A stretch of DNA of 64,000 nt from an uncultured cyanobacterium (lineage in GTDB: Bacteria > Cyanobacteriota > Cyanobacteriia > PCC-6307 > Cyanobiaceae): assembly GCA_963765575.1 (NCBI GenBank), contig CAVXWZ010000001.1:224001-288000 (forward strand). The letters run 5' to 3'. The notes beneath the pieces are model-generated. The model made no database searches, was not told the origin of the DNA, and was given only the letters and a program-made list of their open reading frames with translations. Positions 48,395 to 59,986 of the stretch are shown here, piece after piece (the first letter of the stretch is position 1; each line of letters opens with the position of its first letter). The translations under genes were made by a program, and so were the position numbers.

Positions 48395-49033
48395 TGGCGG
48401 AGGGTCTGGTTGGGCTCAGGGGAACCCGCAGCCTAGAAACCTGGCTTGCCGCTTGAGCTCGGAATCGGGTCGGCTCGCCTTGCAGGCGGCGTCTCTGGAC
48501 CTGCTCCTTCATCTTCCGTCAGGGGTGTGATTGGTTGGCTTTCAGCATCTGGACCTGACAGCAGAGCGGTGACGTTCACACCGAAAACATCAAGGTCTTA
48601 GAAATGAGCGCCCACCTGTTCTTGATGGATCCCGGCTGCGGCGACCTCGGCGGACTGGCTCCACTAGAGCGTCACCTGCCCCTGGGTGCCGAGGCGGGTC
48701 TGCACGTCTGCGCCCAGGTGACACCGAGGACAAGGATGCGTTTGCTCTGGTTGCCGTCATTGCCGGTGGCAGACCCAGGATCGGGTGACGTGCGCAGAAG
48801 CTGAGCCCTGCCCAGAGCAGGTTCAGTTCATTCACTCTTGGTCGCTTGCTTCAAGGCCGAGGTCTGCACGTCAGCGCCAGAACCCAGCGTTGAACGGTCC
48901 GTCCGTCCAATGTTGAGTTGGAATGGTTGTCTATCGGTGGCCGGCCTTGAATTTCAGCAGATCTGATCACTTAGGAGGAGCAAGTGCCTCTGGAATCAGA
49001 GGTCTTAGAGTGCAGTAATAGGAGTGGCAGGAA

Positions 49034-49519
49034 TCACTTACAGCCCATGACCGAGATCTTGTAGCTGAATCCTGTTGCATTCGCGTTGAGGCCAGAGCCC
49101 ACCTTCACATTCACCTGCGTTACAAGTTTTTCGGCTGGAGGTGTGAAGAGGCCGTACTCCTTCGCCTGCCCAGGGCTGGCGTCGAGTGTTTCGTTAACAA
49201 TCTGCAGGTTGGTTTCATCGCTGAATTTGAAGAAGGCCAGGATGGGGTAGGGGCCTGGTTTTTTGGAAGTAGACTCAAATTTGAGCAGATAGTTGCGATA
49301 CTGCGTGTCTACCGAAAAGTCGGTGTTGAAGTTGGTGCGCCCGAATGGAAACACAAGAGGACCATCAAGTTGGATCGTCTTGCTGACAACAGTGCCACCG
49401 CCAATGGCTTGCAGTGGTGTGCAGGACTGTGCTCGGACTTGCTCCGCGACCACTATCCCAGAGAATAGACTTGAGACTGCCAAAATGGCGAGAACCTTGG
49501 CCGTTCGGAGCTTTGACAT
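49034..49519 (-). CDS. Secreted hypothetical protein
   Basis: Signal peptide ending VRA; GRTNFNTDF, QVNVKVG, GFSYKISVMGC; low GC. Confidence 0.75.
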   Translation of the reverse strand: MSKLRTAKVLAILAVSSLFSGIVVAEQVRAQSCTPLQAIGGGTVVSKTIQLDGPLVFPFGRTNFNTDFSVDTQYRNYLLKFESTSKKPGPYPILAFFKFSDETNLQIVNETLDASPGQAKEYGLFTPPAEKLVTQVNVKVGSGLNANATGFSYKISVMGCK

Positions 49520-49716
49520 GATTGCGTGAATGCTGTGACCTCATCTTAGGATGCAATCGTTCCTCGATCCTTTCCACAGCCCACTCACACTCCAGCCTGC
49601 CTTCTCGGAAGCACTCCTGCTGTCCATGCACTGAACTTGAGAACGACTATTACAGCTTCCGTCTGCTGTCGTAGGGCACACCTCGACCAGTTGCTTCACA
49701 GATCCTTGAACCGCAC

Positions 49717-52072
49717 TCAACCCGCTGGCTTCGCCAGCGGCAGCAGGCACTTGTCCGAATCACAGCCGGCGGGGCCCGCCTCCATCAGTTCGCCGCCGTC
49801 GTAGCGGGCCAGGGCTTCGAAGAAGTCCGCCTTGGAGCGGCGGGTTTCCACCTCCTGGTGCAGCTGCTGGTAGGTGGCCTTGTCGATCGGCTCAAACGGC
49901 AGCCGGGGGAAGGTGGCGTTGGCATCAAAGCGGGCCAGCAGCGCCGCTGAGATGTAGCCGAGACCCTCATCGACCGCAGCGTGGATGCGCTGGGCCAGCG
50001 GTTCGATCTCGTTCTCGCGGAACTCAATCGTGGCGCTGGTGTTGTGCGCGGTGTAGTGCTGCTGCACCTGCATGTAGAAATCAAACTGCGCCAGCGCTGA
50101 GAAGTTGTTGATCTCCACCGTGTCGGCACCGGGCAGGTTCGCCCAGCTCACCTCCGTGGGGATCTCCACCAGCCACTCGCTGCAGCGCGGATCGAAGGGA
50201 TCATCCAGCAGTCGCCCCTGTTCGTCCTTGTCGCTCTGGCTCGGCACGATCGTGTAGCCGTAGTCCATGCAGGCCAGCGCCACCGGATCGTTCTTGCGGA
50301 AGGTGATGCGGCGGATGAAGCGCTGCGCCTTGGGCGGATGCCAGCCGGGGCTGGCGCCGGTGAGCAGGCTCTTGGTGCCGGCCGGTTGCACCGTGGTGCA
50401 ACGGTTGGGGCGGCGGATGCCGTGGCGGTCGCAGTATTCAGCCACCGCTTCGTGCACGATGCGTTTCCAGCGCTGCAGGTAATCGGCCTCCCGCGCCTTG
50501 AACGCCCGGCCCTCCTCGGAATCGGGCCGGCCGGCCTCCCACCAGCGCAGCCAGGGCGTGCCGAAGGCATGCACGAAGAAGTCGAACAAACCCGTGAAGC
50601 TCACCCCCACGATCGGATCCCAGGCCCGGCTCTGGCGGTAGCGCTCCACCTCAAACTGATGGTTCAGCAGGCAGGCCACGGCGATCGCGGCGGCGCGGAA
50701 GGCCTCCTCCTGGGCCTGGAAGTCGGTGGGGTGGATCTGGTTGAGGTGGATCTCCGCCAGGTTGCAGTGGAAGTCGGCGCCGAGGATCTCGCCGCAGGGA
50801 TTGAGCCCGTAGCGGCTCAGGCGGTGCTCCAGCTCATCGCTCTCCAGGCCCGGGTGGTGCAGCAGCAGCCACTGGGCCGCCTGCTCGCGGCCCTGGTCGC
50901 AGTAGATGCCCACAAACTCCTCGCGCAGCTCGGCGGTGCTCAGCAGGTCGGCATTGGAGCGGGCGATCGCCTCGGGGGCGAACTGGATCGCCCCCTCGCC
51001 GCTCTGGAACTGCTTGGTCACCGCCTCCAGCACCGTCTGGTAGCTGGGCCTGGTGTGGAACACGCGCGTGTGGTTTGCCATCCGCAGCGAGTCGCGCTCC
51101 GGATCGATCCGCCAGTTGCCCTGCGCGTCCTGCTGCCAGAGGTTGTCCTTGGCGCCGGCCGCGGCCGTGTCCTCGGCCATGAACTGGCGCATGCCGGCGC
51201 TGCGGCGGATGTTGCCCGCCACGATCGTCACGGCGGCCTCATCGATCAGCAGGCAGCACTCCACCGAGGTCAGTTGTCGCCCCTGGGCCTTGTTGAGGAT
51301 CTGGGCCACGCGGGCGTAGAGGTCCTTGAGCTTCACCGGGTTGGCCATGCCGCCGAAGCCCTTGAGGGTTTCGCCCACCGGCCGCACATCGGAGAGATCC
51401 ACGCTCACCCGGATCGGCGCGCCGGCCTCAAAGCGCTCGTCGCTGCTCAGCTCCAGCAGCTGCTGGTAGCTGTCCACCCAGCCGCGGCGGGTGTCGCCCA
51501 CCTTGATCGCCACGCGCTGGCCGTCGATCGTGTGGGTGGTGTGCTGCTGGCGTTGGCCGGCCGGGGTGGCGCCGATGTCGGCCACGCCGGTGATTTCCAG
51601 GCGATTGCGCACCGCCGGCAGCCTCGAGATCAGCCGTGGCTCGATGATGGCGCCGGTGCCGCAGCCCATCATCGCCAGATCCATCATCAGCCCGAAGGCC
51701 TCCCAGTCCACCAGGTTGGTGGAGGTGCAGTTGTAGGCGCCGCTGAAGTTCTCCTGCTGCTCGATCCAGGGGGTGCCGCCGATCCACAGCCAGCGGCCCG
51801 AGGGCAACGACTTCTGCTGCAGCTGCATCCGCCGCAGCAGCTCCACCTCGGCCTCGCTGAGGTGGCCGAGCTGACGCAGGCCCTGCCAGGTTGCGCTCCA
51901 CCACCTGGTGCCAGCTTTCGCGGCCCGCCTCCTGGCGGCGGGAATAGGTGCGATAGAAGACGGGGTTGGCGGCTGGTGCCGTGGCCGGGAAATCGCCCCG
52001 CGCCGGGGCTGCGAAACCCTGTTCAGCGGTGGCGCGGGCCGCGACGGCGGGGGGCGTTGCGGAGAGGGTCAC
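49717..52072 (-). CDS. nrdJ: Class II (adenosylcobalamin-dependent) ribonucleotide reductase, one frameshift near 51885
   Basis: NPVFYRTYSR; SGRWLW, AYNC, GNIRRSA, NPCGE, CNLAE, TTVQPAGT, C-terminal GCDSDKC. Confidence 0.95.
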
Positions 52073-52105
52073 GAGGGGAAATGGCCTTCGGTGGGCCGCA
52101 CCCTA

Positions 52106-52121
52106 ACGCCACTTGTGGTGT
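52106..52121. promoter_or_regulatory. NrdR-box-like palindrome
   Basis: ACGCCACTTGTGGTGT, 33 bp upstream of nrdJ. Confidence 0.55.
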
Positions 52122-52228
52122 GTGCAAGGCGGCCCTGCCACCATGCCCAGCGTGGAGCGGGCTCCCTAAAGTTTTGCCGCCACCCCGCCTGCAGCGCTTC
52201 GGCCACCCGCCGGTCCTGCCCCGAGCCT

Positions 52229-52813
52229 GTGGAGTTCGCCACCATCCCGGAAATCGCCCGCTGGCCGGCCCTGTTCCTGCTGGCTGTGCTGGCCTGGACG
52301 GCTCTGGGCTATGGCATTCACCGCCTGGCCCACCACGGCGCCGGCTGGAATCCGCTGGCGCGCCTCCACTGCGCCCACCACGCCCCCCGCTACCTCAGCG
52401 AGCCCCGTCCGCTGCGCTGGCATCACCTGCTGTTCTGGTTCGACACCAGGGAAGAAACGCTGGATGTGTGGTTCACCCTCACCCTGCCGGCCCTGCTGAT
52501 CGCAGCCCTGCTGCCCGCCCAGGGACCAGCCCTGCTGGGACTGCATTATCTCTACGAAGTTCTACTGAGTGACGGTCGTTTCGATCACAACCCCGCCATC
52601 ACTGGCCCGATCACCCGTGTGCTGGCCTGCGGCACCTACCACCTCGAACACCACCGCGACCCACGCCGGCACTTCGGATTGATCGTCACGCTCTGGGACC
52701 ACATCTTCGGCACCACCTCGCCGTCGTTGTTGTCGTCCGCCCCCGCTCCCCTCAGCGGCCTGCCGCAACGGGCGCAACCCCAGCCGGTGGACGGAACTGA
52801 CCCTTCCGTTTAA
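52229..52813 (+). CDS. Sterol desaturase / fatty acid hydroxylase family protein
   Basis: HRLAH, HCAHH, HLEHH, HFG...WDHIFGT. Confidence 0.82.
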   Translation: MEFATIPEIARWPALFLLAVLAWTALGYGIHRLAHHGAGWNPLARLHCAHHAPRYLSEPRPLRWHHLLFWFDTREETLDVWFTLTLPALLIAALLPAQGPALLGLHYLYEVLLSDGRFDHNPAITGPITRVLACGTYHLEHHRDPRRHFGLIVTLWDHIFGTTSPSLLSSAPAPLSGLPQRAQPQPVDGTDPSV

Positions 52814-52845
52814 CTTCACGGCGAAGGCAACGAATTGATTCCGCC

Positions 52846-54635
52846 ATGGTCGTGGTTCGCCAAGGCGTTTCGGTGCAAAGCCAAGAGCACAACCCTCCGG
52901 TCTGGCGCTTGCCGCGGTGGCAGCCGGGTCGATGGCGTGTCGCCCCCACCCTGGCCCTGATTTTCACCGTGACGGTAACAACCGCTACGGCGATCAATGG
53001 TGCGATGGTGATCTCCCAAAGCATGGATATCGCCAGGCAGAACACCACCAAGCGCCTGCAGGAGATCACCCGCTCCCTGGCGGCCAAGATCGATGCCGAT
53101 GGTCTCGCCACCCTGCAGGACTCCTCCCAGAGCGCTGACCCGATTTATCTGCGCACCCACGCGCTGCTGAAGCAGACCCGCTTCCAGGTGGAAGGGGTGG
53201 GGTTCGTGTACACGCTGCGCAAGGTGAAGGGAACCCCCGCGGACGAGTTCTCCCGTTACAGCTTCGTTGTGGACGGCACCCCCTACGGCAGTGAGGACTA
53301 CGAGCCGATCGGGGCGGTCATGACCACCAGTTCCAGCACCGACTCGCTGCATCGGGTGTGGGAGACGGGTCAGTTTGAGGCCGACCGCAGCTTCGTGACC
53401 GACGAATGGGGCACCTGGCTGTCGGGCTACTACCCCCTGTTTCGGCGCGACGGCAGCTTCGAGGTTGTGCTGGGGGTCGACATCATCTCCGACCATGTCA
53501 TCGACGAGCGCCAGCGCATCCTGTAACCCTCTCCCAGGGGTATCTGCTCAGCCTGCTGATCCTCTTGCCCACAGCTGCCTTCCTGGGGCGCCGCATCAGC
53601 AGTCCGCTGCGCCGCATCAATGGGCGCCTGCTGGCGATCTCCCAGCTCGACTTCGATCCCGACAGATCACCACCGCCGATCACCGGCCGCTGGGTCCATG
53701 AGATCCACGAGATATCCGATTCGATGGAGCGTGTGGAGAGCGCGCTGGTGGATTTCAAACGTTATGTTCCCGCCAAGCTGGTGCGCAAGTTGGTGCTCAA
53801 CAGCGACCAGATATGTCTCGATGGCGAGGTGCGCAAACTGGCGATCCTGTTCACCGACATCATCGGCTTCACCCGGATCACCGAAGCTCTGGATCCCCAG
53901 CTGACCCTTAATGCCCTCAACGACTACTTCACCATCATCAACGACGCCGCTGAAGCCACCCAGGGTGTGGTCGACAAGTACATGGGCGACTCGGCGTTGT
54001 TGTTCTGGGGGGCGCCCGATGCCATCGACCATCCCGCCCGCTCCGCGGTGGATGCCGCGCTGGACTGCCATCGGCGCCTGGAGGAGCTCAATGAGCGCTG
54101 GCAGCGGCAGGGCACACAGCTGAACTTCTCCACCGGCTTCGGGCTCGACTTCGGCTCGGTGGTGGTGGGAAATATGGGCTCGGAAAGCCGGGTCAACTAC
54201 ACGATCGTGGGCGACCGGGTGAACCTCTGCAGCCGGGTGGAAACCGTGAATCGCCGCTACGGCACCCGCATCCTCGCCACGCGATCACTGGTCGAGGCGC
54301 TCGGCCCGAGCCGGGAGCGCTACTTGATCGTCAAGATCGACGAAGCCCATCTGCGTGGCATCACCCAGCCGGTGGAACTGTTCGAAATCCGCGGCGTCCG
54401 CGACGAGCTCGATCCGGCCGAGCTGGCCTTCGCCGCCAGCTTCGAGGCCGCCAGAGCCACGGCCCAGGCGGGACGCCGCGCCGATGCCATCGCGATGCTG
54501 CAGGCGCTGCCCGAACGCTTCGGCAGTCTGCCCTACGTGCTCCAGGCGCTGCATGCCTGGGAGCGCGGCGACGAACACCACCGCGCCCCGGCTCCCCTGC
54601 CGGGTCTGCCCTCCCGCCGGGATCCCGAACCCTGA
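52846..54635 (+). CDS. Membrane class III adenylate/guanylate cyclase (sensor, HAMP, cyclase), frameshift near 53523
   Basis: [11 protein letters not shown]...[41 protein letters not shown]. Confidence 0.9.
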
Positions 54636-55063
54636 TGGGGCTACAAATTCCGCACCGGATCGCTGCCAGCCCCATCCACGGCCAGGGGGTGTTCAGCCTC
54701 TTGCGGCTCGAGCCCGGCGCCCTGCTCTGGCGCTACGAGCCCGGCCTCGACCGAGCCGTGTGCCTGGCGGGACTGCCCGAGCGACAATGCCTCGATCTGC
54801 TCCACTACGGCTACACCAATCCCCGCCGGCCGGGCTGGGTGGTGGTGTGCGGCGATGCCGCCAGCTTCTGGAACTTTCCGCCCCCCGGCGATCCCGCCAA
54901 TGCGGTGCTTTCCCCCCGCACCGCCCACGGGGAGCATCTGGTGATCGCCGCCCGCCGGATCGAAACGGGCGAAGAGCTGCTGATCGAGCCCGCCTCCGAC
55001 CCCGACTACGCCCGCAAGCTCATGCACCTGCTGGCCCAGCCGGCGGGCCAGGCGGTGACATGA
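54635..55063 (+). CDS. SET-domain-like protein
   Basis: [21 protein letters not shown]. Confidence 0.75.
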   Translation: MGLQIPHRIAASPIHGQGVFSLLRLEPGALLWRYEPGLDRAVCLAGLPERQCLDLLHYGYTNPRRPGWVVVCGDAASFWNFPPPGDPANAVLSPRTAHGEHLVIAARRIETGEELLIEPASDPDYARKLMHLLAQPAGQAVT

Positions 55064-56721
55064 CCAGCAATCCCGCCACGGCCGTCAGCCGCGAGTTGGG
55101 AGACCTCGACGTGGGCCTGCTGCGTCAGGAGGTGGAAAAACGTCGCAACTTCGCGATCATTTCCCACCCTGACGCCGGCAAAACGACGCTCACTGAAAAA
55201 CTTCTGCTCTATGGCGGCGCCATCCAGCAGGCCGGAGCGGTCAAGGCCAAGGGCGAGCAGCGCAAGGTGACCTCCGACTGGATGGAGCTCGAGAAGCAAC
55301 GCGGCATCTCGATCACCTCCACCGTGCTGCAGTTCGACTACCACGGCAACACGGTCAACCTGCTTGACACCCCCGGTCACCAGGACTTCTCGGAAGACAC
55401 CTACCGCACCCTGGCGGCGGCCGATAACGCCGTGATGCTCGAGGACGCTGCCAAGGGCCTCGAACCCCAGACCCGCAAGTTGTTTGAGGTGTGCCGCCTG
55501 CGGCGCATTCCGATCTTCACCTTCATCAACAAGATGGACCGGCCGGGGCGCGAACCTCTGGCGCTGATCGATGAGATCGAGCAGGAGCTGAACCTGGCCT
55601 GCTGGCCGGTGAACTGGCCGATCGGCAGCGGCGACCGCTTCCGCGGTGTCATCGATCGCCGCAGCCATCAGCTGATCCTCTTCGACCGCGCCGACCGCGG
55701 CAAGCAGGCCGCCGAGCGCAGCCTCTCGGTGGCCGCGGCCCGCGCCAGCGGTGCCGTGGAGAGCGAGCTGCTCGACCAGGCCCTCGAAGAGCTGGAGCTG
55801 CTGGAGGGCGCTGGCGCTGAGCTGGATCTCGAGCAGGTGCGCGCCGGTGAGCTCAGCCCGGTGTTCTTCGGTTCGGCGATGACCAACTTCGGTGTGCGGC
55901 CCTTCCTCGATGCCTTCCTGGAGCTGGCCCAGAAGCCCGTGGCCCGCACCAGCAGCGCCGGCCCGGTGGATCCGGTGGGACCGGGCTTCAGCGGCTTTGT
56001 GTTCAAGCTCCAGGCCAACATGGACCCGCGCCACCGCGACCGGGTGGCCTTCGTGCGGGTGTGCTCCGGCCGGTTCGAAAAAGACATGAGCGTGCAGCAC
56101 GCCCGCACCGGCCGCACGATCCGGCTCTCCCGGCCCCAGAAGCTCTTCGGCCAGGACCGCGAGGTGGTGGAGGACGCCTACCCCGGCGATGTGATCGGCC
56201 TCAACAATCCCGGTGTGTTCGCCATCGGCGACACCCTCTACCTCGGCCCGAAGGTGGAATACGAGGGCATCCCCTGCTTCAGCCCCGAGATCTTTGCCTG
56301 GCTGCGCAACCCCAACCCCTCGGCCTTCAAGACCTTTCGCAAAGGCGTCAACGAGCTGCGCGAGGAGGGGGCGGTGCAGATCCTCTACGACACCGACGAG
56401 AGCAAGCGCGACCCGATTCTGGCGGCGGTGGGCCAGCTGCAGCTCGAGGTGGTGCAATACCGGCTGGAGCACGAATACGGCGTTCAGACCCGCCTCGAGC
56501 CCCTCGGCTTCACGGTGGCCCGCTGGGTGGTGGGCGGCTGGCCGGCCTTGGAGCAGGTGGGCCGCATCTTCAACTGCAAAACCGTGCGCGATGCCTGGAA
56601 CCGGCCGGTGCTGCTGTTTCGCAACGACTGGAACCTGGACCAGCTGCACGGGGAGCAGCCCGATCTCGAGCTCAGCGCCGTGGCGCCGGTGGTGAGTGGG
56701 GTGGAGCCGATCGGGCTCTGA
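55060..56721 (+). CDS. prfC: Peptide chain release factor 3
   Basis: [47 protein letters not shown]. Confidence 0.97.
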   Translation: MTSNPATAVSRELGDLDVGLLRQEVEKRRNFAIISHPDAGKTTLTEKLLLYGGAIQQAGAVKAKGEQRKVTSDWMELEKQRGISITSTVLQFDYHGNTVNLLDTPGHQDFSEDTYRTLAAADNAVMLEDAAKGLEPQTRKLFEVCRLRRIPIFTFINKMDRPGREPLALIDEIEQELNLACWPVNWPIGSGDRFRGVIDRRSHQLILFDRADRGKQAAERSLSVAAARASGAVESELLDQALEELELLEGAGAELDLEQVRAGELSPVFFGSAMTNFGVRPFLDAFLELAQKPVARTSSAGPVDPVGPGFSGFVFKLQANMDPRHRDRVAFVRVCSGRFEKDMSVQHARTGRTIRLSRPQKLFGQDREVVEDAYPGDVIGLNNPGVFAIGDTLYLGPKVEYEGIPCFSPEIFAWLRNPNPSAFKTFRKGVNELREEGAVQILYDTDESKRDPILAAVGQLQLEVVQYRLEHEYGVQTRLEPLGFTVARWVVGGWPALEQVGRIFNCKTVRDAWNRPVLLFRNDWNLDQLHGEQPDLELSAVAPVVSGVEPIGL

Positions 56722-56795
56722 CCAGGGCTCGAATTCGCCGCCCCACGCTGGCCCCCGCAGCGCGCCAGACTGAGATGTAACAAACCGTCAAGACG

Positions 56796-57041
56796 ATGCC
56801 GGATCCGGTCTGGCTGGTGCGCCCCCGAGCCGATGGGGGCTGGGATTACGTCAGTTTTCAGAGCCAGTCCGGCGGGGAGCCCACAACCCTGCTCAGCGTC
56901 GAGATGCTGGAGGGCAGCCACCTGCCCCCCCAGATGCCGCTGCTCAAGCGCCGCCATCACCTCGACCCCGCCGAGGCCGAGCGCCAGCGCCAGCTGCTGC
57001 AGCGCGAGGGTGGATTCCGTTGCAGCAAGCCCCTGTTCTGA
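56796..57041 (+). CDS. Small hypothetical protein (DUF1651-like)
   Basis: MPLLKRRHHL...GGFRCSKPLF. Confidence 0.6.
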   Translation: MPDPVWLVRPRADGGWDYVSFQSQSGGEPTTLLSVEMLEGSHLPPQMPLLKRRHHLDPAEAERQRQLLQREGGFRCSKPLF

Positions 57042-57104
57042 GGTTGGCTCGATACGCTCTATGCAGGCAGAGTCAGTCCCCCGCCGCCCCGGTCGCCCCC
57101 GCCG

Positions 57105-57800
57105 ATGTCCGATCTCCTCGAGCCGCCCTCCGATTCCGGATCGGGCTCCGGTCCCGACCCTGGGGCAGGCCCCTATGAGCGGTTGGGGCTGACGCCCGAT
57201 GCCAGCTTCGATGAGGTGCAGGCCGCCCGTCAGGCCCGCCTCAACGACGTCGGCGATGACCCCATGGCCCGCGCCCGGGTGGAGTCGGCCTACGACTCCG
57301 TGCTCATGGATCGCCTCAAGGAGCGCCAGCAGGGACGGGTGAGCACCGCCGCTCGCACGGCCTCGGCCCGTGAGCAGGTGGCACCGCCGCCGCCGCGCCC
57401 GTCGCTGCCCTCCCTGCCCAAGGTGTCCCTGCCCCGGGTGGCCACCCCCAACCTCGCGGCTCCCAACCTGGCGATGGCCGAGGGCGACGACCGCTTGCTG
57501 GCCCTGGGCGGTTTCGGGGCGCTGGCGACCCTGCTGCTGCTGGTTCCCAGTGCCCCCGCCGAACTGCTGCTGGCCCTCGGCACCGGCCTGTGTGTGGTGG
57601 TGCTGCAGCGCCGCCGTCGCCGCTTCCTGGCCGCTGTGGGCTGGAGTTTCGGCCTGCTCAGCCTCGGCCTGCTGATCGGCGGGCTGCTGGCCAGCGGCGC
57701 CGCCGCTTCCGTCGCCCTGGGCTTTCCGCTCAACCTGGCCCAGGTGCAGAGCGCCCCGGCCCTGCTGCTGCTGCTGCTCGGCGCCCTGCTGGTGGCCTGA
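57105..57800 (+). CDS. CPP1-like (DUF3353) J-like membrane protein
   Basis: PYERLGLTPDASFDEVQAAR...VESAYDSVLMDRLKERQQG, followed by TMs. Confidence 0.85.
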   Translation: MSDLLEPPSDSGSGSGPDPGAGPYERLGLTPDASFDEVQAARQARLNDVGDDPMARARVESAYDSVLMDRLKERQQGRVSTAARTASAREQVAPPPPRPSLPSLPKVSLPRVATPNLAAPNLAMAEGDDRLLALGGFGALATLLLLVPSAPAELLLALGTGLCVVVLQRRRRRFLAAVGWSFGLLSLGLLIGGLLASGAAASVALGFPLNLAQVQSAPALLLLLLGALLVA

Positions 57801-57826
57801 GCCGCCAGAGAGGGCCCAGAGGCTGC

Positions 57827-58750
57827 TCAGCGGGCCACCGGTGTCAGGGTGTCGATCAGCTCCCGCAGCTCGCCGGCATCGACCCGATACACCGCCGAGC
57901 AGAAGTGACAGGTGAGTTCGGCCTGGCCGTCCTCCTCCAGCATGTTGCTGAGCTCGTCACGGCCCAGCAGTTGCAGGGCGCCGAGGCTGCGCTCACGGCT
58001 GCAGCGGCAGGCGAACCGCACTGGCGTGGCGGCGCTGCCGGCGATCCCCAGCGGTTGGGGATCGAGGTCGGGAAAGATGTCCTCCAGCAGGCTCTGCAGC
58101 TGGCCCTCGCAGGCCGCCAGCCGCTGGGGGAAGCCCGTGACCTCGCGGCAGCGCTGCTCCAGCAGTGCCACCAGGGCCGGCTCCTCGGCGGCCTTCGGCA
58201 ACACCTGCACCAGCACCCCGCCGCTGCACTGGATGCCCTCGCTGTCGATCTGCTCGCCCACGAACACCGCCGACGGCGTCTGCTCCGAGTGCAGCAGATA
58301 GGAGGCGAGGTCATCGCCGATGCCACCACTCACCAGCTCCACCGTGGAGCTGTAGGGCTCGCCCTCGCCCAGGTCGCGCACCACATGCAGGTAGCCGGTG
58401 CCGGTGGCGGTGCGGAAGTCGAAGTGGTGGCCGCCGCCTGCTTCCGCCACCAGATCCAGCTCCAGGGCGGGGTTGCCCACGTAGCCGCGCACGCTGCCGT
58501 CGCGCCCGGCATCCACCATCAGGCCCCGCAGGGGGCCGTCGGAGGCGATGCGCAGGTTCACCCGGCCGTGGGCCACCTTCATCGAGCTCGCCAGCAGCAG
58601 GCCGGCGGTCATCGCCCGCCCCAGCAGGGCGGAGGCCAGAAACGACAGCTGGTGCCGCCGGGCCGCCTCGCGACTGGTGGCGCTCGTGCTCACGGCCACC
58701 AGGCGGATGCCACCTCCGGCGGCTGTGGCCCGCAGCAGCTGGTCGGTCAT
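57827..58750 (-). CDS. hslO: Hsp33 redox chaperone
   Basis: [23 protein letters not shown]...CHFC. Confidence 0.96.
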   Translation of the reverse strand: MTDQLLRATAAGGGIRLVAVSTSATSREAARRHQLSFLASALLGRAMTAGLLLASSMKVAHGRVNLRIASDGPLRGLMVDAGRDGSVRGYVGNPALELDLVAEAGGGHHFDFRTATGTGYLHVVRDLGEGEPYSSTVELVSGGIGDDLASYLLHSEQTPSAVFVGEQIDSEGIQCSGGVLVQVLPKAAEEPALVALLEQRCREVTGFPQRLAACEGQLQSLLEDIFPDLDPQPLGIAGSAATPVRFACRCSRERSLGALQLLGRDELSNMLEEDGQAELTCHFCSAVYRVDAGELRELIDTLTPVAR

Positions 58751-59418
58751 GCAGGGCGTTCGGTTGCGGGCATGGTACGGAGCGTCTCCGGGGCCATGGG
58801 GCTCAGTCGCCCCTGCTCCAGCCGCCAGCTCAGCGGCTCCAGCGCCCTGAACAGCTCCGGCTCGTGGGTCACCACCAGCACCACCCGCTCCTTGGCCAGA
58901 TCGCCCAGCAGCGCCACCACATCACTGCGCACCGCCCAGTCGAGGCCGGCGGTGGGCTCATCCAGCAGCAGCACCTGCGCATCGCGCAGCAGCTGCACCG
59001 CCAGCGCCAGCCGCCGTTGCTGGCCGCCGCTGAGCCGCTCGGGCTGTTGCTGGAGCGAAAGCTGGCCCAGACCCACCCGCTCCAGCGCCCGCTCCAGCTG
59101 CCCGGCCTCCAGGCGCCGGTGACCCAGGCGCAGCTCCTGCGCCACCGTGAGGCCGAGGAAATGGCGTTCAGGAAACTGGAACACCAGTCCGCACAGCCAG
59201 CGGCGCTGGCGGCCGCTGAGCGGCTCGTCGTTCCAGCGGATGCGGCCCCGCTCCGGTTCGGCCAGCCCGCTGATCACCTCCATCAGGGTGGTCTTGCCGC
59301 CACCGCTGGGGCCCGCCACCAGCCCCAGGCGACCGGGACCCAGCTGCAGATTCACGTCCTCAAGCACCGGCCGGGCCGCCGTGGCCGGCTGGTAGCGCAC
59401 CCCGCGGAGTTCCAGCAT
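58747..59418 (-). CDS. ABC transporter ATP-binding protein
   Basis: [27 protein letters not shown]. Confidence 0.93.
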   Translation of the reverse strand: MLELRGVRYQPATAARPVLEDVNLQLGPGRLGLVAGPSGGGKTTLMEVISGLAEPERGRIRWNDEPLSGRQRRWLCGLVFQFPERHFLGLTVAQELRLGHRRLEAGQLERALERVGLGQLSLQQQPERLSGGQQRRLALAVQLLRDAQVLLLDEPTAGLDWAVRSDVVALLGDLAKERVVLVVTHEPELFRALEPLSWRLEQGRLSPMAPETLRTMPATERPA

Positions 59419-59519
59419 CACCCCAGCATGGCCCGCCAGCAGCAGGCCCTGGCCGGGGGGCAGCGTGGGCTGGTGTGGGATCGTGAGGCCCCTGCCCCAC
59501 CGCCCCCGAGGCCGTTTCC

Positions 59520-59975
59520 ATGGAGGTCCGCTTCCGCGAGATCGACCCCTTCAACTGCTGGATCTGGCTGCGTTTTCCCCATCCCCCCGGCCAGGGGGAG
59601 CGGGGCTATGTGGAAACCGTCTTCGACAGCTGGTTCTTTCTCGGCAAGCTGGGCGGCTTCAACGCCGAGAACCTGCAGGCCCATGAGGCCGATGGCGGCG
59701 AGCTGGGCTGGCTGGCCTACGACGGCGAAGAGGCCGAAACCGCCCAGCGGGCGCTGATGCACACCATGGGCCGCCTGGAATACCAGGGCGCCTGGGCCCG
59801 CTGCTGGGTGGACCTGGGCCTCAGTGACGCCCTGGCGGTCGACGTGCTGATCAACACCTTCAACCAGCTCAACCGCGATGTGGTGGAGATCGATGAACTG
59901 GTGATCGGTGGTGTCAACGAAGACTGGCCGGTCGAGGAGCAGCCCGAGGAGTTGCTGCCCTTCGCCGGCAGCTGA
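59520..59975 (+). CDS. DUF3531 family protein
   Basis: MEVRFREIDPFNCWIW, SWFFLGKLGGFNAENLQ, WARCWVDLG. Confidence 0.88.
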   Translation: MEVRFREIDPFNCWIWLRFPHPPGQGERGYVETVFDSWFFLGKLGGFNAENLQAHEADGGELGWLAYDGEEAETAQRALMHTMGRLEYQGAWARCWVDLGLSDALAVDVLINTFNQLNRDVVEIDELVIGGVNEDWPVEEQPEELLPFAGS

Positions 59976-59986
59976 GCGGGGCGGCG

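Noticed and set aside
48604..48804. 66-aa ORF as a real gene
   Set aside because: No motif, no clear RBS and no internal support.
52073..52228. Cobalamin riboswitch upstream of nrdJ
   Set aside because: No recognisable B12-box or core motif; only an NrdR-like palindrome.
56773..56792. HLR1-like site upstream of the ORF at 56796
   Set aside because: Only one good half-site (TGTAAC); insufficient support.
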